From assembly GCA_023213395.1 (NCBI GenBank), contig CM041465.1:248627741-248691740 (forward strand): 64,000 nucleotides of DNA. The letters are read 5' to 3'. Made by a program: the position numbers and the translations under genes. The notes beneath the pieces were generated by a model. That model worked only from the letters and a program-made list of their open reading frames with translations, made no database searches and was not told where the DNA came from. This document shows positions 1 to 13,679 of the stretch, one piece after another. The DNA comes from Cycas panzhihuaensis. Lineage: Eukaryota; Plantae; Cycadophyta. Positions within the stretch are counted from its first letter, which is position 1; each line of letters opens with the position of its first letter.

Positions 1-207
1 CACTGCGCAGGTGTTATATTTCGTGCTGATAATAGAAGGAATTATAATAAGATATACAGCCAAAAGATTAGATCTCTTATTGAGAAAACCCTTGGGGTCG
101 ATGAATGGAATGAAGCATGTCACAATCGCGTGCAGGGAGCTTTTACACATTTATGTAAGAGGCTTTCTCAGATGCCTCAAATGCAAGCTCAAGATTTGGT
201 AAAGTAG
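1..207 (+). CDS. Candidate exon of an unidentified host or TE gene (frame 1 open from window start to TAG at 205-207)
   Basis: Frame 1 translates without a stop as HCAGVIFRADNRRNYNKIYSQKIRSLIEKTLGVDEWNEACHNRVQGAFTHLCKRLSQMPQMQAQDLVK*. Possible acceptor GCAG|G at 10/11. CpGs are retained here, unlike most of the window. Protein family not recognised. Confidence 0.3.
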   Translation, partial: HCAGVIFRADNRRNYNKIYSQKIRSLIEKTLGVDEWNEACHNRVQGAFTHLCKRLSQMPQMQAQDLVK

Positions 208-1056
208 ATGAAGCTCAGGCTTAGGCAAAAGGTCAAAATAGACTCCCACGGTGATGGCAATAACAGAGAAAAAGAGACATCATTTTTATAGAAAAGGATT
301 TGATGGAGAGCTCATAGATGTAAATCTAACATGCAAAGTAACAAAGGGTGCGGGAGAAAATACTAGCAGTCACAAATAATTAAAATAATGTGGCCAAAGA
401 TTTCCAAACGAATACCCAACACTATGATTAAAGAACAGATAAACATATTCAAAGACATAAATAGTAAATCCAAAGAAACACCTTACAGAATAACCACCAA
501 ACAAAAAATGATCCTTTGAATATATTGACAAAGATATATTAAATAAATAACAAAATATATATATTTGTATTTGAAAAGAAATACATGAGAAACCTAGTAA
601 ACTATGATAAGTTTATAGTGCAGACTTCTGAGCGAGAGAACCTCTTTCACAATGGATGAATCTCTAAACCGTCTTCTCCAATGAGCATGTGAGCTTGTTA
701 GAATCTTAACTAGTAGTCATATATAGGTATTTCGCTGAATATATGAGAAGCTAAGTCAATATAAGCAAAATTTGGCTCTAAGACCAAATGATGGAGCTGG
801 AGGAGCAGAGCAAGACTTTAGAAAGATTGTATCTTGAGTAAACTGGTGATTTCTGATAGTTGGCAGTGTTAAAAAACACCAGGGAGGTATTTCTACCTTT
901 TAAATAGTGATTTTTGGGAGGCAGCAAGTGCTATCACCTTACCTGCATGTTAGCCAATGGATAATTCAAAATATATTAAAAAATTAAAAATAATAAATGA
1001 AAGTGCATACCTTAAGAAAGTGGTGTCAGCTCCTGGCAAATATTGGGAGGCTCAAG

Positions 1057-1103
1057 GTGCCTTAGGGGCCCTCAAAGGTGGCTTTGAGGGGCCCTAAGTG
1101 CAC
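1057..1103. repeat. GC-rich inverted repeat (hairpin)
   Basis: Arms CTTAGGGGCCCTCAAAG (1061-1077) and CTTTGAGGGGCCCTAAG (1082-1098) have 1 mismatch and a GTGG loop; extendable by GTGC/GCAC. Confidence 0.85.
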
Positions 1104-1876
1104 ATGTGCTTTAATGACACTGGGATTATTCCCAACATACTTATGATATATGTTTAAGGCTTTTCATTTGACCTTCATATAAGCCTTTTTTAAGCTGATT
1201 TTGTAGTAGAAATTTCTTATATACATCTAAGGCAAGTGACAAGCCAAGTGGTCTTATAACTCAAAACATATACAATTCATTTTTTTTGGAAAGTTTCTTC
1301 ATATTCCTTATCTTTCAAAGTGAAAATTATACATATATATTTTAGTTTTTTCAGCATTATATATCTTCTTCAAGGCAAAAAGATTTCTTGCATTACAAAA
1401 AGAAAGCCATTTATAGTTATTTATTTAAAAAATTAAAAGCTTAAAAATTCCTTATTTTTTCATGATCAAAAGTCTTATTTTAGATTTGAATAGTTAAAAA
1501 GATCTTAGTTACATGCAAAATTTACTCTTATATTCATTATATTTTAAAGTATATCTGAAAGGCATATTTCAAAGTTTATTCTAAAGGCATATACTTATTA
1601 AAGCATCTTTTCTATTTATTATTATTGAAAAATTTATTTCTTTATTGCACTTATAAAAGTTGTATCTAGTTGATTTATTTTCTAAAGGCATCTTTCATTT
1701 TTTCAAAGGCATTGTGATTACTTACATAGTTCTTTCAAAGAGTATATTTGAAAATATATAAGTTTATTGATTTATTGAGTTTTTTTATTCATTCTAAAAA
1801 GTGTATATTTTGTTCAGAAATATAAAAAAGTTCACTTATAAAAGTATATTTTTTATGTACTAAAGTTTTCAATAAA

Positions 1877-2160
1877 ATGGCAATCAATCTAAATAAAATA
1901 TAATTTCCTATATTTGATGGTCATAATTTTACACAATGGCATAAAACAATGCAAAATTATTTTATTACAAATGATCTTTGGAATAGTTACAAAATGAATA
2001 TGATCTTAATATTAAAGAAAACTTCAAAAGAGATAATGAAGTCTTAGGAATATTATTTTTCACTATAGATGATAATGTATTCTCTAAAGTTTATGAATTG
2101 ATAACTTCCAAATTTGTATGGGATATCTTAGTCTCTACTCATATAGCAGATACCCTCAAA
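1877..2160 (+). pseudogene. gag: Ty1/copia gag N-terminal relic
   Basis: MAINLNKI*FPIFDGHNFTQWHKTMQNYFITNDLW ... DDNVFSKVYELITSKFVWDIL matches the copia gag N-terminal pattern. Preceded by an AT-rich leader with repeated TCTAAAGGCAT-like motifs. No pol follows. Confidence 0.7.
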
Positions 2161-3039
2161 GTAAATGAATTTAACATTAATATTGTTGAGCATGTGAGAC
2201 AGGTGCCCAAGAAGCTTCATTATGACGAAAAGACCAAGGAGGAAAATTCAAGTCAAATGCATGATCATCTTATTATACAAGAAGCTTATCTTCTATTTGA
2301 GGGAGTGAAATCTTATAATATGATAGTTACTCACAACATAAAGATTTCAGAAGTCAAAGTCAAATTTCTAGAAGATAAAGATAAAGTTGCAGCCATTCAC
2401 CTTAATTCAATTCAAACTATATTTACTTAAAGATTTTTTGAACCACTCAATGGTAAAATGATATATATTACTAAAAGAATGAGGCAAGTTAATAGTGATC
2501 AAGGCAAAAGACATATTTTCAAAGTTTTTTTCAAGTTCAAATTTTACAAGTTTAAAGAGAAGATAAAGTTGTTCATGATGGCCATTAAAAAGGAAAATGT
2601 TAGGGTTAATGATCATCACCCCACTCCCACTTTTTACCTAAGAGTACACACTCCACTCCCAACAATTTATACATATGGGTGCTCACATGTGAAGATAAGT
2701 ATAAGGTAAGGTTAAAGTTAATTTGAGTTAATTTCATTTGAGTTAAGTTATGTAATATTTTATTATTGTTTGAATTCTAGGGGTTGAAGAGTTTCCCTCC
2801 TCCTCCAAATTGTATATTTGGAGGGGTGTGCAACCCTGGTGTCTTTAGACACCACCTACATTTAGAAATTTGCTATGTACTCACTTATCATGGATTGAAT
2901 ATAAAAGATTTATATGTTTTATGCTACAATGGTTTTGACTATATAATTATGCTCTGCCCTGTCTCTATCATTCTATATTCCTTTAAATTAGACCTTTTAC
3001 TATGCAATATAATGGCATAATTAAGAATGTTAGTAAGCA

Positions 3040-6000
3040 TCAAAGAGTTGGCATCTTGTTAGGAGGGGCGTAGTCTAATGAGAGTAATGATCATGATGAC
3101 AAGTATGAAGCCTATCCTTTAGATGATCGATATCATAACACAAATTTGAACCATTTTAGACAATGTGAATTAGGCTAACCATCAAGTGAAGTATCACCAT
3201 TTAAGAACCATGTCATACAATGTATGCTAAGTAAACCATTAGGTGGAGTTTTACTAATTTTAGAGGCAAGTTTCACAACTAATTCAATCTTTGACTTGGT
3301 TATCTCCTTATTGACTAGGATAGATGCAAGTGTAAGATGTGAGACTCAAAGAGACGTAAATAATACCAACTCAAAATCTTCAAATCTATGAAGAGATTAA
3401 GGTGGGTGAGTTCACATGCATATGGGATTCACTACTTAAGGCTAGGAGCGATATTATGTCAACCCCAACAATAGAAGCCTAAATGGATTGTGGGTAGATG
3501 GACAAAAAGAAGGGCAAAAAATTAGTGGGTAGATTGCCTAACAAGAAAATTCTATGGAAATAAGATACTTAAGACATTAAATGCAGAACTCAATCCTAAC
3601 TAAAATTTAGACATGATAAGATTTAGTTAGGTGCTCAACGGGTTACTGAATCAAGAGTCAATAAAGGTATTTCAAGAACCAAAAAGGGTTTATCCCATTA
3701 GGAACAAAGATGATTGTTGTTGTTAAAGAGATGTGGGCTTGACCTTTACTTTTGGAGCTTGGTGATTGAAAAGTAAGTAGTTGGTTATGACTTATCTAAT
3801 GTTGGTGACTTACAACCATATGATTTGTTTAGTATGATTAGGCATTGATGTTGCATTTAGTGTCCTAGTGGATTATGAAGAAGAATTTTATGGTAGTGTT
3901 GTATATTGAATGGTTGAGTGGCATTTTTTATCTTTGTGAAGCCACGGGCATACCTCTTCATGCGATGGTATATATTAGTTGAAGACTCTATTTTGTAGTA
4001 GAGGTGTCTCTAAATAAAATTATTGACAATGATGTCATGACAAGTGTGATCATGTTATTTTTTGATATTGGTGATGTTTAATATAAAGGACCTTGCTTAA
4101 GAACTTTTCATGCAAGGAGAAATGATGATGTTGATTCAAATTGTAAACCACTTAGCTTATCTAAAGCTAAAGAAAATGAAATTTTTAACTTTCATTATCT
4201 CAATTATAAATATAAGCTGATGATTAATGTGATGTTGTTAGTGTTTCTACTATTAGTTAATTGGTTTATCGATCAAAGAGTATTGGATTAGCCCATATAG
4301 AGTGGGTTGAACTTATAATTGAATGGATCAATGTGTTAAATGGATTTATATTATGTAACATGAGACATTGATTCCATAGGATTGGGATGACATGATCCAA
4401 ATGGACTGATTAGCCTCGGTATTCTGATCAACCAACCCCTACCCTAACTTATTGATAAAAAATTTAGATGGTACTCATTTATAATAAAATATGGTTTCAT
4501 AAGTAACAGTTTATGTTTCTTTATGAGTGATTAACATAGGTTATATATGTATTGATTTAAGTTATGGATTAACCAATTGATATTAGGCCTACAGATGAGT
4601 GATGTAATCAATAATGAATGCCATATTTTTGTCTAAACTAGTGGTTGTATGGTTGCTTAGGCCAGAGGGCCAAGTTGATATAAATGTGATCTTTAGAGAC
4701 TTTATTTCATAGATGTCTCCCTAGAACATAATAAATGATTTTAGAAAGTGGTATTCTATGGATGTGGTGGTATCTCTAAAGTATGTTTGGGGATGCCATC
4801 AAAAGTGCAAGTAGCATCATTGAATAAGAATTAGACAATAGGCTGAGAACATTCTCAGATCAATTGACATGCTTTGTTGTCTAAGAGCAATATGATTGGA
4901 TGTGAAAAGGCTCAAAGAATGCCCAATGCTAAAGTAGTAATAGTTTGACTTCAAATAAATTTAGGGGTGGGTTATCAATGATCAATTACTTGGATTAAGT
5001 AGAATGAGTTGTGTTTCTTTTTCTTTAAGGATAATAATATATCTAGTAAGGCAACTTTGTTATTAGAGGTTGAAAGTGAGAGGGCTCTAAAACAAACTAA
5101 TGTGATGGTGTAAGTAATTTAGAACCATATTATGGGGCATAAAAAAGGGAGAAACATAGACTTGCTATTTTTCATTTACTTAGAGATTGGATTAGAGTGT
5201 TAATGTTGTCTTAGAGTGATGTGATTGGGCATGATTATATGAAGCTATTTTTAAAAGCTTTGGAGTCTTGACATCATTATCACATAAAGTGTTTGACCTA
5301 CCATTATATGGTCAAATCATTATTGAATATTCTGATCTTTATACTTAGGTTTTAGTGAAGGGGATGCCTAAGAATGGTACACACTCTCAAGAGGTATCAT
5401 TAATATAAACATGATTAATTGGAGATACGATTAAGTACATCTTTGAAATATTTTATTCTCAATATGAGCTCTTGTTGATTATTTAGTGGTTGGTTTCTTC
5501 GATGGGGTGAAATAATAACCATGGCACTATCGAGGTCTAAAGAGTAACAAAGTTTAGTATTGGTTACATGTTGCCCCTAACAATGGAATGCAATATGGTG
5601 AATGAAGTTTCAGGCAAGCATGGTGGTGACAAACCAACATGCAGATATTCCAGAACATTGAGCACATTATTTTATGAAGGTTTGGTGGCTTCATCAAACA
5701 TCTAGATAAAAATATAAGCCCAAGGCGTCTTTGATAGAGGTGGCATGGAAGTGTAAATCCTCTTGTCCATAGGACATGATTTCATGAGGCTTTTGTACTT
5801 TGAATAGGGGCATGGGCTAAGCACTTTAGTAATTGGATGCAAGATTTCAAAAGGCTTCTAATGGCATTAAACATAAAATTTCATGGAGTTAATGGCAGTT
5901 CTGATGTGATGTAATAATGTGCTAATTTTTTTAAGATTTTATGGTTATAGATAGCATATAATTTAGATTATTCATAAGTGTTAAGAATATTAATGTAACC

Positions 6001-6429
6001 TTTTGTAATGTCACTTTTATGTTCTTTTTAAGTTCTTATTTATGTCACATGTTTAAATTAGTATTTAAGCCATTCTTATGTTTAACTTTAGAAGTTTATT
6101 TTAATCTTATGTGGAAGGTGGTTGAAATTTGTAACTGCATTTCAATGAACCTTTCTTAGTATTAATTCTTCTCCTAGATTCAAGGAGATGGTTCTGAGAA
6201 TCTATGAGGGCTGTCTAAAAGCCTTTTCCAAGGCTGGTTTGGTGGTTTTAGTATAGTGTATCCTGTTTTCACTATTCTTAATAAAAACACAATTTTAGGA
6301 GATGGTTTTTCTTCCCCATAAGGGGTTTTCCACCTGCCAATCTAGTGTATATGTGCAATGTTATTTGTATCCTATAATTACTTATCTATGTGATCCTGTG
6401 GTGACATTGTGTATGTGCCTATTTCTACA
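3040..6429 (+). mobile_element. Heavily decayed Ty3/gypsy relic with probable 3' LTR (about 5752-6429)
   Basis: Peptide traces YSD.P..KFRWYSFIIKYGFI (RNase H end, ~4420-4500), W.SMD (~4750) and FDLPLYGQI..NISDLY (integrase C-terminus, ~5290-5345). LTR-like block with GGGGTTTTCCAC ends TTCTACA at 6429. No matching 5' LTR found. Confidence 0.4.
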
Positions 6430-7117
6430 ATAAGATAACTAGCTTTTAATGTAAGAATAGCTTTAAATGGAACATAAAAGAGATCTTATAATTTAGGATG
6501 ATAGATGAAAAATTACTATCATGGATCAAGGCAAAAAACATAGTCATCAACTACCTTAGAGTTTATAATAAGGGTCAAATGCATTTACAATTTTCTATCT
6601 TTTGCGATTACTACCTTAAGATCAAAGTAATTATAATAACTTCTTATTTCTAATTACACTTTAGAAAGAAATAATCACATTCTTTAGGTGTGGATGTAAA
6701 CCTCACCTTATCAACTCTTATTAATAACTATGGACTTTTCAAAAAGAGTTTTAGTCACAAGGATCATGGTTTCTAAGACTTCTTCCTAAGAATTTCTCTT
6801 TTGTTTATATTATATGCACTTCAACTTTTTTCTCTTCAACAATCTAACCACTTTTATTAGTGAACTTCAATATTTATGTCATTAACATATATATGGGTAT
6901 GTGGCCTTGAGAATATTCATATATGCATAGACCCTTGGACTCCAAAATCACATAACATTATAATTATAAAACATAAAATTATACTTGGATGCACCACAAA
7001 CACCTATTGGATAATTTCACTAGGCTTATATACCGGCATTTCACTAGGCTCATATAATATATAACCTCCTAAGTGGTTACAAATAATAATAATAATATAT
7101 GTTATGTTTCATGTATA

Positions 7118-9424
7118 TGTTTTACCAAAACCTAACCTATGGTTTATATTTATGATTTTGTATATGTTTCTTGTATGGTTTTATGAAAAATAAATGATAA
7201 ACTTGTTTAATGATGAGTTAGGCCATGTTTTTTATGAAATAATAAATTGATTTTGATTTTGTGATGCATGATGAATGATGATTTGATGTGTATTTTACTA
7301 TCACCTGCTAATGACTAAGACTATGGCATTAAAACTTTTCTGTACAATTAATTCAATCCAATTTTTCCTTTAAAACTTGTCATTTTTATGATTTAGTCTT
7401 GATTTTACCTAATTTTTGTCAGTTTTACTCATTTTTAGGCTTGAGTTTATCGTTTCCATTTTATTTTAGGCCTCATTACTCATTTATGAAGTCATTTATG
7501 CCTTAATTTATGTTTAAAAATTAATTTTTGACTTTTTGATGAGCCAAATTTCACTTCCCTAATTATCGCATTTTTTATGTTGCCAAAAACATGACGAGTC
7601 ATGTTTTTAAAGTAAAGTCACATTTTTGGTAGGTATAAAAATATGACTAGTTGTATTTTTTACTATCATGTATATAAAATTTGGCCAGTGCACTAAATTT
7701 TTACATGCTGCCACACATATTTGATGGATTTTTATCTCTTTGATACCTAGGAATATTTAGAAGTATTATGTGACTCACTGTAAAGAATGAAGATGTGATT
7801 TTGCTAAAGTTTTTATTGGAATTTTAGTGATTTTTGGAGATCTTTTTAGGACTATTATTGCTATGATTTTAGGTTTGATTTTATGGTGATTTTGGGTGAA
7901 ATTATGAGGAGAATTTAATGCTATAACTTCTTACTTTAGTAGTGTTTAATTATTAATGGTTTGATCTTCAATTTTCATGGTATTCTTTCAAAGTTTCAAC
8001 CTCTAAATTCTTCTAAATTGGTAAGGTCTTTTCTATGTAATTTTTTGCTTCTTTTACTATTTTCTAAAGGTTATCTTCTGCCCAGAACTTATTTCCTCTT
8101 TTAGTTGATTATTATGGTGATCTTATATGTTTTTTTTTGTCTTGAAATACTTGCTAAAAGACCAGCTCTTTGTGGGGTTTATAGGAGGTAGACTAAGGTA
8201 GGACATGATCATCTCTCCACCGCTAATGTAGCTATCCCTTCCCATTCTTACATAACAGTTTATATTTCAAGAACTTTGCCATCCTTCGTGGATTTGTTTG
8301 GCTATGGTTAAGTCCTTGCTTATTATTTCTTTTTCTTTGCTTATTTTAAAGGAGAAAGATGGAAAGAATAGATCAAATGGAAGAAAGAAGTCATTCTGAG
8401 GCAGATTTATGAATTAGGAAAGAGGTATTGGTTCTCTAGTTTTATTGTTTACTTGATTTCACTCTTAGGATAATTTTCTTTCCTATGGAAAGAATATTTA
8501 AAGTGTTGAATAGAAAGTACATGCTTAATTACTTTAGATTTTTTAGGGATTCAAGGATCCTTTTAGAGTATTCCTTACTCCAATTAGGATAGAATCTTCA
8601 AAGTAGTGAAGCTAGTATCTTGTATATAGATTGTTATTAATTTCTCTTATTTGAATATAACTTTTAAATGTCTAAAAATTCATTTATTTTATAGTAGTAA
8701 CACATCTTTAAAATCTCTCTTTTTGCATCATAGGACATTCATTCAAGGAAAAGATTGCATGCATGGGAGGTTAAATCTTTTAGATAACATTGCATGTTGT
8801 CAATTTCTTTAAGAGTTTGTATAAAGAAAATTGCATAGTGTGTTGTATATTTTGTTGGTACTATTTCTTTTATAATGAAGAGTGCATATTGCATTCAAAA
8901 AAATAATTTCGTAGTTGCATTAGCATCCTTAATCTTAAAAAAAAAAAATACAAAAAACACATTACATGCATCTAGTTTTGGTTCTTCCTTGCTTAATTGA
9001 TCAAAGGTAGAATATATATATTTTTTATTTCATAGATTGTTTTTGTTTATTTTGTTTCATTTTGTCAAAAAATAAAAAAATAAAAAAACCAAAAAATAAA
9101 AACAAAATGGAAAATAAAAAGAAAGAAAATTTTCCATTTGCTTAACCCTTCCCTTTATCCTAGTAAAACCCAAAAAGTTAGAAAGATCAAAGGATAGATG
9201 TCCCTAGGAAGGATACCACCCCCTTTATATCCAATCCTTTTGTTGCGTTCTTTATCCATAACTTATTGGATGACATAACTAGGTAAATACTCCTCCTTAA
9301 GAGTTGGGAAAAGGTGGTTACTTAGTTCCTCTTAAACCTTGTATCTCTTGGTTCTAGTTGACATGAAAGGAAACACCTCATTGATTAAGAGGTATCTAGT
9401 TTAGGTCCACCCAAGATGACACCA
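7118..9424 (+). repeat. 5' LTR of element A
   Basis: Starts TGTTTTACCAAAACC, ends GATGACACCA. Colinear with 19316-21620 apart from small indels, including a ~40-bp deletion near 9210. Confidence 0.92.
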
Positions 9425-9430
9425 TCTTCC

Positions 9431-9447
9431 TGGTGACCATACTGGGA
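9431..9447 (+). promoter_or_regulatory. Primer binding site of A (degenerate Tat/Ogre-type, probably tRNA-Arg)
   Basis: TGGTGACCATACTGGGA lies 6 nt after the LTR and resembles the TGGCGACTCCACTGGGGA type. Confidence 0.6.
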
Positions 9448-9474
9448 AACTACTGTTTATTTTCTTTTAAAGCA

Positions 9475-12400
9475 ATGGAAACTACAACACCTACTCCTGA
9501 GTTATCCTTGAGGCTCCAAGGCCTTACACCCAATTCTCAAGTGTGCCCTTCACACTTTGGTTAAGAAGTCTCATCATCTTATATTGAATCTTCTAAACTT
9601 CAAGTGCATGACACTTATATCTATCCTCCTAAAGATTTAACCTAGTTGTATAGCATAGCAGTGGAACAAGGATACCTTGAACCCTCTTAATACCTTGATG
9701 ATTCTTCTTTTGTAGATCACTCTTTTTTACAAGAAGAAACACCTTCTGGTCAACCACATTCATATTTCTTTGAGCTAGTTCTCACTATGATTCTTACTTC
9801 ACTACACATGCCTAGTTACTAAGATCTATTTTACTTAGAGACTCATACCATGACATCCCTACCATAACATCTTTAGATTTATCCTTTAGGTGAGGATTAT
9901 GAGTCAATAAAGGTAGAGCCCTCACCTGATATCGTTCGGTCTCCTCATCCTTCTCATCCCCCTCCATCAAGACCAACATCATGATCCCATTTCCCATCTT
10001 TGGAGGAAGGGGACGATCATAAATCAAATCATTTGTAACCACGTCAATTTCCTCCTAGACAATAAGTTCAGATTTTCTCTCCTCATTCCATACCTCTCAT
10101 CCATGTAGGTACTACTACCATTTCTACTTATGGCAACCCTAGTGCCTTACATACACCTACTTCCAATCAAGTAGTTATCACTTCACCTAGTTTATGACCT
10201 ATTCATTCTTATACCACTAGGATTGCTTCTTCCTATCCTATTTCCTCTATCACTTAATTTCCCCCTTACACATCATATACCACTTGGTCTCATGGTGTTA
10301 GACCTTGCCTACCATCTCCTAGAATGTCTAACATGATTGCCTCTTCTCAATATGTTTCTCATACTCATTCCATTCATCCTCATACTTTGATAAGTTAATC
10401 ATAAGCTTTAAGGGTTTCCAATCCCACTTCTTCTTCATATATTCTTAGACCCGCTCTACAACCTAATTCTTTTTACACTTTCAATCCAAGTTTCCCTCAA
10501 TATCTTATAACTCAAACCAACTATGTGGTTATCCCCACAGCATGGTTTAATCCCCCCTTATGATGTTTTATAATTATAACAATAACCATAATCACAATAA
10601 CCCATCCATTCATCTATTCCTCATCTGTCATCTTTAGCGTCCTACTATGTTGAGGCCAGGAGACCCTTTCTTGATTATATAAAGTCTCCTTTTCTATGTG
10701 AGGTCTTATTATCTCCTATGTCTCAATTTCTTTCTAAGTTGCCTAAAATTTTGAATGACTCTTCTCAGGATCCTACTTCCCATATATAGGTATTTACACT
10801 TGCTTGCATGGATTTTATGCCATATGATTATGTCATGATGTGTCTGTTTCCAACTTTAAGGTGATGCCTTAAGGTGGTTTTACCATCTCCCTTCATCTTC
10901 CATCCTCTCATTCCAACAATTAGTTGACTCTTTCATCAATTATTTTGATGTGGGGAGACCATTCAAATCAACCATTAAATCACTATTAACTATTAAGAAA
11001 AGCCATGATGAGATATCAAGGGACTTTGTTAGAAAATTTCAAGACCAAGTGCATGCTTATCACTTATGTCTTAATCCTACTTTACTATTCAATCTATTTA
11101 GTAATGCATTGAGGTCCCATGTATATTTATACATTATAAAATTTGGCCCTCAAATATATGAAGAAGTGATTGATAATTATTTAGCCCTAGAAACATTTAA
11201 AATTCAAGCAGGTGTTAAGAAGGTTGGGAAACCTATGCCTTCTAAAGAAATAGTTTAAACCACAAAGGCTTCCCATCCTAAACCCACTTATGATTATTTG
11301 ACCTCTTTTATTAGATCGTTAGAATGCATGATCAATACTAAATTGCATGTTGATATTCCTTCTGAGAGCCAACCTTCATAAGAGACCAAAATTATTCATC
11401 TTACTAAAGGAAGGAAAAAACAAGTTCCTCCTCCACCTCCTCCTCCCTTTAGAAAGATAAAATGGTGCTTATACCATCAAATCAATATACATGATAGAAG
11501 TGAGTACCATACTATTCAAAATATAACTTAAAATACAAATACCTAACCAAACCACTCTTTTAAGTTGTCTCAAGCCTAAATGATCCATAAGGATCTATTA
11601 CCTCAACATAATAAGAAAATGAGTAAATATAATAAAGGTAAAGAAAAGTAGATGTAGGATGATGAAGGCAAACTTTCACGTTTTAATTCATCACATACCG
11701 CTCCCTCAAATCCTTTAACAAAAATAACTAATAATCAATTGCACTCGTCTCCTAAAGGTGGTAATACCAAGAGAACAATAAACATAGTGGAGACTACAAA
11801 GAGTATAGGTCCATCTAAATCATCTGATGATTTAATAGTAAGGAATCTTAACTCTTTACCTTTAGTACCCTCCCGTCCTATCAGGTTTAGGTATATTCCC
11901 TCTAGTTTAAAGGATGGATCATTCTCTTTGGTTGAGAAGTTAAAGACCATTCTAACAAGTATATCAGTTATTGATTTGTTGAAGTATTATCTTAAGAAAT
12001 GTTAGCTATTGTTTAATATATTAGGAGTTCCTATAGTAGTTTCTTTGCCTACATCTATCCTTTCTTTTGATCTAACTACCTTGTCTAGTCATTCTGCCCA
12101 TGCACCAAATGATATGCCTCTATTTTACATCGAGATTATGAAGGATGATATTAATATTAAGCGAGTCATAATTGATGAGGGATCATCTATCAATGTAATC
12201 CCTCTTTGTCTTATTAAGGATTTGGAGATTTTTATTTTTGATCTGTATGAGTGGATTTACCAAGGGTATGACAAGAATTAGAAGGTGCCCTTATGACAAG
12301 TCACTCTCCCTCTCATATTAGAAGAAAAGATAGTTCTTACTGAGCTTATTATTATTGATCTTGACTTAGAATATAACATTCTTTTAGGTAGGCCATGGAT

Positions 12401-13679
12401 TACCTAAATGTCAGTGGTTTGTTCCTCCCTCTTCAGTGAACTTAGGTTCATCCATGAGGGATAATTAAAAATTATCAAGCAAAGGCCAAAACCCATTAAA
12501 CAGTTAGTTCCTTTCATTGAGACTTTTTCAAAACCTGGTAAATCCTCTAACTCTTTAAAGTACTTCTTTCAATTACCCAGTTTAGGTCAATACTTTACCA
12601 TCGAAGCTCCTTCTACTCATCCAGAAGTAAATGACATAGATTTAGTTGAGATTATCCATGTGTCATCAGGTTTCTCATCTATTCCTTCTATCTTAGACTT
12701 GATTGATCGGTTTTTTATTTTCTCTTCTACTTCTAATGAAGAAATAACATCTCATTCTACTGTATCTAATTGAGAATCACCTGTGGGTAGACTTACTGAT
12801 GACAATTATTTCCCTCCCATTCACACTCATTTCTCATAGTTTTTTCACTTTCCCTTAGGGGTAAATATAGTGGTTCCTCCAATTTTCAATCCTTTAGTGA
12901 GTGTTTCTTCAATCTCAGTTACAGATGAATTACACATTGATGCTTCCCTATCTTTCTTTCGATCATGTTTATTTTTGATATGGTTGAATAAACATAGAAA
13001 GAAGATGTTGTTACATCATCACCCAGACTTAGAATTAGAGGGTAAAGATATGGTTTCACTTGATATAGGTCAAAATAATCATAATACCTTTACTAAAGTA
13101 AGGAAAGTTAACTCGATTTTCACTATTTCTTTTCCTTCCCATTCTCACATGGATTCTTCCCCATCCTCTCTCATCTTGATATCTTTGTATGATCAAGAGT
13201 GTAGTATGAGTCATCAAGAATTTGATCAAGCTTTTACTTTAATTTGGGAGTTTGTTAATAGGCCTATTTTCTTTTCTTATGTTTTTTTAATCATAGAGTT
13301 TGTTCCTATCTATCCAAACTCTTTAATTGATTTTTTTTCACTGTTTAGGCCTCTCTCTTTATTTACTTCTTTATTTAAAAACCTCTACCTTGTTACCCTC
13401 TTCCATTTAGATCATTTTAAGAATGATGAGGTAATTGTTGAATATTTAGCAAGTTCATCTCCTAGTTTTCCTTATGGACATCATAAGTTGGTGTTCTCAA
13501 AAGTCATAGTTAATCATTTCCAACCTCAAGAGTTTACTTCTTTAATAGAGTCTACCCCTCCTCATTTTGAGGAAGGAAATGCAATGCTTATGGAACAAAC
13601 CATCGATATAGACTTAGAGATAAAAGATACTCCTAGAATTATCAAGTTGGGAGCTAGATCCCCTTCACAAGGAGGATAA
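9475..13679 (+). pseudogene. gag-pro: gag-protease relic of A, ending just before RT
   Basis: Retrotransposon gag core 10700-11258 (DPTSHI..F..AC, DALRWFYHLP, GRPFKSTIKSLL). Protease 12100-12470 (RVIIDEGSSINVI, YNILLGRPWI). Pre-RT linker EEGN..TIDIDLEIKDTPRIIKLG. Many stops and frameshifts. Confidence 0.85.

Noticed and set aside
11-202. ORF-track 63-aa ORF in frame 2
   Set aside because: GTG start and no recognisable motif. The overlapping frame 1 is also open and reads more like a protein.
1057-1125. Helitron 3' end (hairpin + CTRR)
   Set aside because: Hairpin length and spacing to a CTRR are atypical, and no 5' TC end or Rep/Hel trace was found.
2598-2860. Solo LTR (TGTTAGG..CCTACA)
   Set aside because: No TSD and no second copy in the window; boundaries unsupported.
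12870-13679. 269-aa ORF as a novel membrane protein or env gene
   Set aside because: Its hydrophobicity comes from T-rich spacer sequence, and the C-terminal part is simply the pre-RT linker of the decayed polyprotein.
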